Assembly (NCBI RefSeq): GCF_963921235.1
Contig: NC_086101.1
Span: 28,892,001 to 28,956,000 of the forward strand
DNA: 64,000 nucleotides
From: Mobula hypostoma
Taxonomy: Eukaryota
Direction of reading: 5' to 3'
Below are positions 12,301 to 24,300 of the stretch, in pieces. Numbering within the stretch: the first letter of the stretch is position 1; every line of letters starts with the position of its first letter. Below the pieces are notes generated by a model, which saw only the letters and a program-made list of their open reading frames with translations, ran no database searches and had not been told where the DNA came from. Made by a program: the position numbers and the translations under genes.

Positions 12301-15300
12301 CCACCTCCCCACGCCCCCCGCCCCCCGCCCCCCGCCCCGCTTTGGTTCAGTTGCTCAGAGAGGTAAGGGAGGAGGAGGACGAATTGGAAGCGGAACTGGG
12401 ATCCGTTAACAAGGTACAAACCTCGGTAGCAGCTCCTTGTGGTGAAATGGCCGGGGCCAGCTCTACGCGGGAGATACAAAAGGGGGTGGCGGCAGGTGGG
12501 GTTCCTCCGCAGGAGGGGACTAGCGGAGAAGGCCCCTCCCTGAAGGGACGCACGGCGCTGAGGCCAGGCGAAGGCCGGGGTCCCGCGAGGCGAGGCGTGT
12601 GCTATAACTGCGCGGAAGAGGGGCACTTCAGGCGGGAATGTGAACGGCAGGGAGCCCCAAGGAAGGAGAGCCCCCGGGTGTCCTAGCAGGAAGAGGGGTC
12701 GGGAAACTTAGAAGAGACTCAGTGAGGGAACGGACTGGAGTCTCTGGAAAAATACGTTCCCAACAATGTGCAGCGGGACCATCGCAAGGAAAAGACCTTA
12801 TCCCATAGAACATAGAATAGTACAGCACAGTACAGGCCCTTCGGCCCACAATGTTGTGCCGACCCTCAAACCCTGCCTCCCATATAAGCCCCTATCTTCA
12901 ACTCCTCCATATACCTGTCTGGTAGTCTCTTAAACTTCACTAGTGTATCTGCCTCCACCACTGACTCAGGCAGTGCATTCCACGCACCAACCACTCTCTG
13001 AGTAAAAAACCTTCCTCTAATATCACCCTTGAACTTCCCACCCCTTACCTTAAAGCCATGTCCTCTTGTATTGAGCAGTGGTGCCCTAGGGAAGAGGCGC
13101 TGGCTATCCACTCTATCTATTCCTCTTATTATCTTGTACACCTCTATCATGTCTCCTCTCATCCTCCTTCTCTCCAAAGAGTAAAGCCCTAACTCCCTTA
13201 ATCTCTGATCATAATGCATACTCTCTAAACCAGGCAGCATCCTGGTAAATCTCTTCTGTACCATCTCCAATGCTCCCACATCCTTCCTATAGTGAGGCAA
13301 CCAGAACTGGACACAGTACTCCAAGTGTGGCCTAACTAGAGTTTTATAGAGCTGCATCATTACATTGCGACTCTTAAACTCTATCCCTCGACTTATGAAA
13401 GCTAACACCCCATAAGCTTTCTTAACTAACCTATCCACCTGTGAGGCAACTTTCAGGGATTAGTGAAACAATTAGTGAAATTTATGATGTTGTAGCAATT
13501 AGTGAAACTTGGCTACAGGAGGGGCAGGACTGGCAGCTTAATATTCCAGGGTTCCGATGTTTCAGATGTGATCGAGGCAGAGGAATGAAAGGTGGGGGAG
13601 TAGCATTGCTTGTTAGGGAAAATATTACAGCAGTGCTCAGGCAGGACAGATTAGAGGGCTTGTCTACTGATTCCTTATGGGTGGAGCTGAGAAACAGGAA
13701 AGGTACGGCCACATTAATGGGATTGTATTACAGACCACCCAATAGTCAATGAGACTTGGAAGAGCAAATCTGCAGAGAGATAGCAGGCAACTGCAGGAAA
13801 CATAAAGTTGTGGTGGTAGGAGATTTTAATTTTCCATACATTGATTGGGACTCCCATACTGTTAGGGGTCTAGATGGTTTAGAGTTTGTAAAATGTGTTC
13901 AGGAAAGTTTTCTATATAGAGGGACCAACTAGAGGGGATGCAATATTGGATCTCCTGTTAGGTAACGAATTAGGGCAAGTGACGGAAGTCTGGGTAGGGG
14001 AGCACTTTGGTTCCAGTGATCATAACACCACTAGTTTCAATTTGATCATGGACAAGGATAGATCTGGTCCTAGGGTTGAGGTTCTGAACTGGAAGAAGGC
14101 CAAATTTGAAGAAATGAGAAAGGATCTAAAAAGCGTGGATTGGGACAGGTTGTTCTCTGGCAAAGATGTGATTGGTAGGTGGGAAGCCTTCAAAGGGGAA
14201 AATTTGAGAGTGCAGAGTTTGTATGTTCCTGTCAGGATTAAAGGCAAATTGAATAGGAATAAGGAACCCTGGTTCTCAAGGGATATTGCAACTCTGATAA
14301 AGAAGAAGAGGGAGTTGTATGAAATGTATAGGAAACAGGGGGTAAATCAGGTGCTTGAGGAGTATAAGAAGTGCAAGAAAATACTTTAGAAAGAAATCAG
14401 GAGGGCTAAAAGAAGACATGAGGTTGCCTTGGCAGTCAAAGTGAAGGATAATCCAAAGAGCTTTTACAAGTATATTAAGAGCAAAAGGATTGTAAGGGAT
14501 AAAATTGGTCCTCTCGAAGATCAGAGTGGTCGGCTTTGTGCAGAACCAAAGGAAATGGGGGAGATCTTAAATAGGTTTTTGCATCTGTATTTACTAAGGA
14601 AGCCGGATTGAAATCTATGGAATTGAGGGAATCAAGTAGTGAGACCATGGAAAGTGTACAGATTAAAAAGGAGGAGGTGCTTGCTGTCTTGAGGAAAATT
14701 AAAGTGGATAAATCCCCAGCACCTGACAAAGTGTTCCCTCGGACCTTGAAGGAGACTAGTGTTGAAATTGCGGGGGCCCTGGCAGAAATATTTAAAATGT
14801 CGCTGTCTACGGGTGAAGTGCCGGAGGATTGGAGAGTGGCTCATGTTGTTCCGTTGTTTAAAAAAGGATCGAAAAGTAATCGGGGAAATTATAGGCCGGT
14901 GAGTTTAACGTCAGTAGTAGGTAAGTTATTGGAGGGAGTACTAAGAGACAGAATCTACAAGCATTTGGATAGACAGGGGCTTATTAGGGAGAGTCAACAT
15001 GGCTTTGTGCGTGGTAGGTCATGTTTGACCAATCTGTTGGAGTTTTTCGAGGAGGTTACCAGGAAAGTGGATGAAGGGAAGGCAGTGGATATTGTCTACG
15101 TGGATTTCAGTAAGGCCTTTGACAAGGTCCCACATGGGACGTTAGCTCAGAAAATTTAGTCGCTAGGTATACATGGAGAGGTGGTAAATTGGATTTGACA
15201 TTGGCTCAATGGAAGAAGCCAGAGAGTGGTGGTAGAGAACTGCTTCTCTGAGTGGAGGCCTGTGACTAGTGGTGTCACAGGGATCACAGGGATCAGTGCT

Positions 15301-18300
15301 GGGTCCATTGTTATTTGTCATCTATATCAATGATCTGGATGATAATGTGGTAAATTGGATCAGCAAGTTTGCTGATGATACAAAAATTGGAGGTGTAGTA
15401 GACAGTGAGGAAGGTTTTCAGAGCCTGCAGAGGGACTTGGACCAGTTGGAAAAATGGGCTGATAAATGGCAGATGGAGTTTAATACTGACAAGTGAGAGG
15501 TATTGCACGTTGGAAGGACAAACCAGCGTAGAACATATAGGGTTAATGGTAAGGCACTGAGGAGTGCAGTGGAACAGAGGGATCTGGGAATACAGATACA
15601 AAATTCCCTAAAAGTGTCATCACAGGTAGATAGGGTTGTAAAGAGAGCTTTTGGTACATTGGCCTTTATTAATCGAAGTATTGAGTATAAGAGCTGGAAT
15701 GTTATGATGAGTTTGTATAAGGCATTGGTGAGGCCGAATCTGGAGTATTGTGTTCAGTTTTGGTCACCAAATTACAGGAAGGATATAAATAAGGTTGAAA
15801 GAGTGCAGAGAAGGTTTACAAGGATGTTGCCGGGACTTGAGAAACTCAGTTACAGAGAAAGGTTGAATAGGTTAGGACTGTATTCCCTGGAGCATAGAAG
15901 AATGAGGGGAGATTTGATAGAGGTATATAAAATTATGATGGGTATAGATAGAGTGAATGCAAGCAGGCTTTTTCCACTGAGGCAAGGGGAGAAAAAAACC
16001 AGAGGACATGGGTTAAGGGTGAGGGGGGAAAAGTTTAAAGGGAACATTAGTGGGGGCTTCTTCACACAGAGAGTGGTGGGAGTATGGAATGAGCTGCCAG
16101 ACGAGGTGGTAAGTGCGGGTTCCTTTTTAACATTTAAGAATAAATTGGACAGATACATGGATGGGAGGTGTATGGAGGGATATGGTCCGTGTGCAGGTCA
16201 GTGGGACTAGGCAGAAAATGGATCGGCACAGCCAAGAAGGGCCAAAAGGCCTGTTTCTGTGCTGTAGTTTCTATGGTTTCTATGGATCTGTGTACATGTA
16301 CCCCCAGATCCCTCTGCTCCTCCATACTACCAAGTATCCTGCCATTTACTTTGTACTTTGCCTTGGAGTTTGTCCTCCTAAATTGTACCACCTTACACTT
16401 CTCTGGGTTGAACTCCATCAGCCACTTCTCAGCCCACTTCTGTATCCTATCAATGTCTCTCTGCAATCTTTGACAATCCTCTACACTATCTACAACACCA
16501 CCAACCTTAGTGTCATCTGCAAACTTGCCAACCCACCCTTCTACTTCCATATCCAGGTCGTTAATAAAAATCATGAAAAGTAGAGGCCCAGAACAGATCC
16601 TTGTGGGATACCACAAGTCACAATCCTCAAATCTGAATGTACTCCCTCCACCATGACCCTCTGCCTTCTGCAGGCAAGCCAATTCTGAATCCACCTGGCC
16701 AAACTTCCCTGGATCCCATGCCTTCTGACTTTCTGTATAAGCCTACCCTGTGGAACCTTGTCAAATGCCTTACAAAAATCGACATAGATCACATCCACTG
16801 CACTACCCTCACCTATATGCCTGGTCACCTCCTCAAAGAACTCTATCAGGCTTGTTAGACATGATCTACCCTTCACAAAGCCATGCTGACTGTCCCTGAT
16901 CAGACCATGATTCTCGAAATGCCCAGAGATCCTATCTCTAAGAATCTTTTCCAACAGCTTTCCTACCACAAACATAAGGCTCACTGGTCTATAATTACCC
17001 GGACTATCCCTACTACCTTTTCTGAACAAGGGGACAACATTCGCCTCCCTCCAATCCTCCGGTACCATTCCCGTGGACAATGAGAACATAAAAATCTTAG
17101 CCAGAGGCTCAGTGATCTATTCCCTCGCCTCCTGAAGCAGCCTGGGGAATATTCCGTCAGGCCCCGGGGACTTATCCGTCCTAATGTATTTTAACAACTC
17201 CAACACCTCCTCTCCCTTAATATCAACATGCTCCAGAACATCAACCCCACTCATATTGTCCTCACCATCAAGTTCCTTCTCATTGGTGAATACCGAAGAG
17301 AAGTATTCATTGAGGACCTCGCTCAGTTCCACAGCCTCCAGGCACATCTTCCCACCTTTATCTCTAATCAGTCCTACCTTCACTCCTGTCATCCTTTTTT
17401 TCTTCACATAATTGAAGAATGCCTTGGGGTCTTTCTTTACCCTACTTGCCAAGGCCTCCTCATGCCCCCTTCTTGCTCTTCTCAACCCCTTCTTAAGCTC
17501 CTTTCTTGCTTCCCGAGATTCCTCAATAGACCCATCTGATCCCTGCTTCCTAACCCTCATGTATGCTGCCTTCTTCCACCTGACTAGATTTTCCACCTCG
17601 CCTGACACCCATGGTTCCTTCACCCTACCATTCTTTATCTTCCTCACTGAGACAAATTTATCCCTAACATCCTGCAAGAGATCTCTAAACATCGACCACA
17701 TGTCCATAGTATATTTCCCTGCAAAAACATCATCCCAATTCACACCCGCAAGTTCTAGCCTTATAGCCTCATAATTTGCCCTTCCCCAATTGAAAATTTT
17801 CCTGTCCTCTCTGATTCTATCCTTTTCCATCATAATGCTAAAGGCCATGGAGTGGTGGTCACTGTCCCCCAGATGCTCACCCACTGAGAGATTTGTGAGC
17901 TGCCCCGTTTCATCACCTAGTACTAGATCTAGTGTGGCATTCCCCCTAGTCGGCTTGTCCACATACTGTGACAGGAATCTGTCCTGGACACTTTTGACAA
18001 TCACTGCCCCATCTAAACCCTTGGAACTAATCAAGTGTCAATCAATATTAGGGAAGTTAAAGTCACCCACGATAACAACCCTGTTATTTTTGCATCTTTC
18101 CAAAATCTTCCTCCCAATCTGCTCCTCTGTATCTCTGCTGCTACCAGGGGGCCTATAGAATACCCCCAATAGAGTAACTGCTCCCTTCCTGTTCCTGACT
18201 TCCACCCAAACTGACTCAAAAGAGGATCCTGCTACATTACCCACCCTTTCTGTAGCTGTAATAGTATCCCGGACCAGTAATGCCACCCCTCCTCCCCTTT

Positions 18301-21300
18301 TTCCACACTCTCTATCCCTTTTAAAGCACTGAAATCCAGGAATATTGAGAATCCATTCCTTCCCGGAAGGTTTGGTGGGACCCCGATCCAGTGTGTCGAT
18401 CCGGATAGAAGGGATAGGTGCAAAAGCCATACTCGACACCAGGTCACAGGTCACATTACTGTACCGTCGTTCTACAATCAGTATCTGGCGCATTTACCCC
18501 TGACACCTTTCAGTGCACTGGAAATTTGGGGTATCCGTAATGGTGATTACCCGTACGATGGCTATTTGTGTGTGAAATTGGAGTTCCTGGAAGCTGAGCT
18601 GGGGTGTCTGAGGCTCATGAGGCCCTGGTACTGGTTTGCCCAAACCCCAGTGAGATGCTGGGGGGGTGAGGGGGGGCTGTCAATTCTGGTGGGGACCAAC
18701 AGCCCTATTGTGCGGAGACTCCTGGGAGCCTAGAAGGAGAAGGTGGGTGAAGACTTTTTGGAGACCCTGTCGATGCACCCAGTGTTCTGAGCTGCTTTTG
18801 AGGAAGTGTGGGGTCACCCTGGGTGGGACACAGCGTGTGAATGAGGCACTGTGTGGTGTGCCCAGTCGAAGACCAGGGTGGTACAGCCGGGTGAAGTAGC
18901 AAGAGTGATGGGGATCCCTCGATTCCTGGGAGTGCTTGAGGGTGAAGCCCTTTTAGTGGACACCCTGGAAGATCTCAAGGGGGAGTCGAGATTCCCTGCT
19001 GGGGTTCTGTTGAGACACGAGTTGCAGAAGCTCTCGGTGGTACAGACTAGTGTGATCATCAGGAACACTACGGCATGGGAGGTCACCTTCAAGCGAGGAA
19101 TGCCTCTGGCGCATTTGTTCCAGGTTACGGTGATGCACAACGCCCCCGTGAGGCCAGTTGGGGGAGAGCTGTCGGGAAAAAGGCGCAAGTTGACCGCTGA
19201 AGCTTTGAACTTTGGGGCATCACCTGTGCTGGAGGCTTGGAAGCGGAGGCTGTTGGAGAAGATGTTGACGATGGCAGATGTTATTTCCCTTGAAGAGTTT
19301 GATGTGGGTTGATCCAGGAGCACTCGCCACACCATACGGGTGACTGAGGATAGTCCGTTTAGGGAACGATCACGGCGCCTGGCCCCTGCAGACGTGGAAG
19401 ATGTGCGGCAGTATTTGGGTAAATTGAAGGAGGCTGGGATCATCACGGATTCCTGAAGCCCTTATGCATCTCCTATCGTAGTGGCCCGAAAGAAGAATGG
19501 GAAGGTTCGTGTGTGTGTGGACTATGGAACACTGAACAGGCACACGGTCCCTGATCAGTACACGGTCAATAGACAATAGACAATAGGTGCAGGTGTAGGC
19601 CATTCAGCCCTTTGAGCCAGCACCACCATTCACTGTGATCATGGCTGATCATCCAGAATCAGTACCCTTTTCCTGCCTTCTCCCCATATCCCTTCACTCC
19701 GTTATCTTTGAGAGCTCTATCTAACTCTTTTTTGAAAAAATCCAGAGAATTGGCCTCCACTGACTTCTGAGGCAAAGCATTCCACAGAACCACAACCCTC
19801 TGTGTGAAAAAGTTTTTCCTCTATTCCGTTCTAAATTGTCTGCCCCTTATTCTTAAACTGTGGCCTCTGGTTCTGGACTCCCCCAACATTGGGAACATGT
19901 TTCCTGCCTCTAACTTACAAATCTTATATGTTTCAATCAGATCCCCTCTCATCCTTCTAAATTCCAGTGTATACAACCCCATTCGCTCCAATCTTTGGTC
20001 CCACGGGCTGAAGATGCACTGGCCTGTCTGAGTGGGGCGAAGTGGTTTAGCATGTTGGACTTGAGGAGTGGGTATTTCCAGATCCTGATGAGTGAGGCCG
20101 ATAAGGAGAAGACAGCCTTTATATGCCCTCTGGGATTTTACCAGTTTGAAAGGATACCCCAGGGCATATTGGGGGCCCCTGCCACTTTCCAGAAGGGTTA
20201 CGGAGAAGACAGTTGGGGATATGCACTAACTCAAAGTGCTGGTATATTTGGATGACCTCATAGTATTTGGATCCACCTTGGAAGAACACGAAGCGAGACT
20301 GATGAAGGTGCTCAACTGGCTGAAGCAGGAAGGGTTAAAACTTTCCCTGGACAAGTACCAGTTCTGCCAGACATCTGTTGGCTATGTTGGACACATCGTC
20401 TCGCAGATTTGGAGTAGCTGCAGACCCGGCTAAGAGAAAAGCGGTGACCTCCTGGTCGAGGCCCCAGACCATGAGTGCTCTGTGCTCGTTCCTGAGGTTC
20501 TGTGGGTACTATCGGAGGTTCGTGAAGGGCTATGCCAAGGTAAGTTATGTCTTGAATCAACTTCTGCGTGGCTACCCGCCCCCCCCCCACCCGGGATAGA
20601 GGGGGAAAGGGAGGAAAGGACGGGAGTTTGGAGAATATTTCAACCAGTCAGATTCCTTCAGACAGAGGTGGAATGGCCAATGTGAAGCGGCTTTCCAGTC
20701 ACTGAAGGAGATGCTGACTCAGGCGCCGGTACTGCCTTCTGCAGACCCACGACTGCCCTACGTGCTACACACTGACACCAGCCATGAGGGGTTAGGGGCC
20801 GTTTTATACCAGGATCAGGGAGCTGGCCTGAGGTCTGTGGCTTTTGTCGGCCGGAGTTTGTCACCCTGGGAGAGAAACTATCCCACTCATAACTTGGAGT
20901 TCCTGGCGTTGAAATGGGCCGTGGTGGATAAGCTGAGTGACTATCTCTACGCGGCCAAGTTTGAGATGAGGATAGACAACAACCCACTCACCTGCATCCT
21001 GACCTTGGCGAAACAGGATGCCACAGGCCGCCACAGGCCATCGGTGGCCGGCTGCTTTGTCTGTGGATGGTTTCAGCCTGAAGTACCGGCCGGGGAGCCG
21101 GAATGTCGCCGCAGATGCGCTGTCCCGACGGGGCCATGAGGAGCCGGGGAGGGACGAGGAGTGGGAGAGTGTCGCTGCATCCGGGGTGAAGGCAATGTAC
21201 CAGTTTGCTATCACTGTGCAGGCTGAGGAGAAGGAGAGGCCGGATCGAGCAGTGGACTCATTGGGGGCATCTGATGACACCCTGCCCCAAGATTACTGTG

Positions 21301-24300
21301 ACCTGACTGCTCTGAAGACCACGCAGCTGCCGGGGTTGAGCCCTGGGGGAGTGGCTGCTGCTCAGCGAGATGACCCGGACATTGGCCCTGTCTGGCATGC
21401 CGTGGAAGAGGGGGATGTGACACGGGCGGAGAAGGCTAAGCACGTCTCAGGGTCTCTGTTACTGAGAGAATGGCTTCCGCTGAGGTTGAAGAACCAAATG
21501 TTATACTGTACCGGGTAACGTCACCCCCAGATCGACCTCGTTGTTGGCAGCTGGTCCTGCCGGAGAAGTATCGGAAGGTTGTGTTGAAGTCATTCCATTA
21601 TGACTCTGGACGTTGGGGGTGGAAAAAACCTATGGTTTGCTCAAGGATCGGTTTTACTGGCCCCAGATGAGGACGGAGGTTGAAGAGTACTGCAAGTCCT
21701 GCATTCGTTGCAAACGGCGGGAAGACGCTGCCCGGGCAGCTGCCCCTTTGTCCCACTTGCAGAGTGTGGGGCCTTTGGACCTGGTGTGTATGGATTTCCT
21801 GGCCATAGAACCCGATGCCAGCAACACGGAGAATGTCTTGGTCATCACGGGCCACTACAGCAGGTATGCTCAAGCTTTTCCTACCAAGGATCAGAGGGCG
21901 ATCACAGTGGCGAAAGTGCTCTGGGAGAAGTATTTTGTGCATTATGGCCTTCCTCGGCAGATACATAGTGATCAGGGACGAGACTTTCAGAGTAAGCTCA
22001 TCTATGAGTTACTGGGCATGCTGGGGGTTGAGAAATCGAGGACACGACCTATCATCTGCAGGGCGATCCCCAGCCGGAAAGATTCAATTGGCGGCTGCTA
22101 GACATGCTCGGGACTCTGGAGATCAGCAAAAAGAATCGTTGGAGTCGACATATTGGGCATCTAGTTCACTGTTACAACTGTACACGCAATGAAGCTACTG
22201 GTTACTCTCCCTATTGTCTTATGTTTGGGCGTGAGGCAAGGTTGCCCATTGACCTTTGTTTCGGGACTGATGCGGATGAGGTATCGCCGAAGCCTTACCT
22301 GAAGTTTGAGTCTGATATGAGGAAAGAGCGGGAAAGAGTTTACGAGTTGGCCAGGGAGGCGGCCGCCCGGCAGAATCGGGGAAATAAGAGGAGGTATGAC
22401 CAGAAAGTAAAATTCTTTCAACTTCTACCGGGAGACCGAGTCCTCATCAGGAATCTGGGATTACCGGGAAAACACAAACTGTCTGATCACTGGGCAGCCA
22501 CGCCCTATGTGGTGCAGAGTCAGATGCCAAACCTGCCGGTTGTTCGGGTGCGGCCCAAGGATGGAAAAGGGCCTGTCAGGATCCTTCATGGGAATCACCT
22601 GTTGCCCTTGGGGCAAATTTACAGGTAGAGCGAGAGCCTGACGGGGCGGCTGCACCCAATACCAGGACTCTGCATCCCCTCAGGTTGGAGGACGTGCCTA
22701 CCCCGGGAGAGACGGGCCTGAGCCCAGCCCCTTTGAGGGATACCGATTCGGAGGATGATGACTGGGATGGTTGGTACATTCTGCCGTTCGCTGATGCTCC
22801 TGTGATGGAGGCAGAGACTCCTGACCTTTCCCCCACTGGGTTAGACGGGGCTAATGTGGGGCAGTCCGTGGTACCGCAGGGCGCTGAAGCAGAGACAGAG
22901 GGTTCCGAGGTGCAGAGGGGCCTGGGTGACCGCGCGGGGGAGGATTCGCCTCGTAGTTTTAAAGGGTCCCCTGTAGTGCCCGAAGCGGAAGGGTTAGAAG
23001 ATGGGGTACGTAGGTCTCAGAGAAGTCGGAAACCCCCAGAGAGGTTGGCCTAGGTAGCACCCAGGGAACAAGGTGTGATCTCTACCATTTTGGGGAGTCA
23101 GATCACTGCTTTCTGCACGTGGATTGGATTGTGTGTTCTGCAGGAAGGGATGGCGAATTATCTGAGCGTCATGGGGCATGAAATAATTCGGTGGGGGGGA
23201 GAAAGTAGGGTTCTCAGTAATACTAGACGGACAGTTAACTGTTAATTGCTTACTACCAAAGTGGCTTCTCTGAAGTGTTATACTAAAATGGCTTCTCGTA
23301 CTGCTAACTGCTGAGCCGGGGGTTCTGTGTAACCGCATGTTTAGGTTATACTTAGTGATAATGGAAATGGTATTCATTTGTTAGCCAATGGAAGTCATGT
23401 TATGTTATCTTGTATGTGTGTGCTGAGTTGAGGAGCGCGGGCTTTTTCGGAAGGCGAGCAGAGAGGACAGACGTGCGGGGAACGGACAGCGGTTCCAGGA
23501 CGGCAGATACCGGACCTCGTGGGTTCGGATGGTGGCCGGAGTCTCGTAAGGAAGTTGTGGATGGAACCGGAGGCGTGAGCTCCAACGTATTAAAACATTA
23601 TATGCACTAGACATAGAAGCATAGAAACATAGAAAATAGCTGCAGGAGTAGGCCATTCGGCCCTTCGAGCCTGCACCGCCATTTAATATGATCATGGCTG
23701 ATCATCCAACTCAGAACCCTGCCCCAGCCTTCCCTCCATACCCCCTGATCCCCGTAGCCACAAGGGCCATATCTAAATCCCTCTTAAGTATAGCCAATGA
23801 ACTGGCCTCAACTGTTTCCTGTGGCAGAGAATTCCACAGATTCACCACTCTGTGTGAAGAAGTTTTTCCTAATCTTGGTGCTAAAAGGCTTCCCCTTTAT
23901 ACTCAAACTGTGACCCCTCGTTCTGGACTCCCCCAACATCGGGAACAATCTTCCTGCATCGAGCCTGTCCAATCCCCTTAGGATTTTATACGTTTCAATC
24001 AGATCCCCCCTCAATCTTCTAAATTCCAACGAGTACAAGCCCAGTTCATCCAGTCTTTCTTCATAATAAAGTCCTGCCATTCCAGGAATCAATCTGGTGA
24101 ACCTTCTTTGTACTCCCTCTATGGCAAGGATGTCTTTCCTCAGATTAGGGGGCCAAAACTGCACACAATACTACAGGTGTGGTCTCACCAAGGCCTTGTA
24201 CAACTGCAGTAGTACCTCCCTGCTCCTGTACTCGAATCCTTTTGCTCTGAATGCCAGCATACCATTCGCCTTTTTCACCGCCTGCTGTACCTGCATGCCC

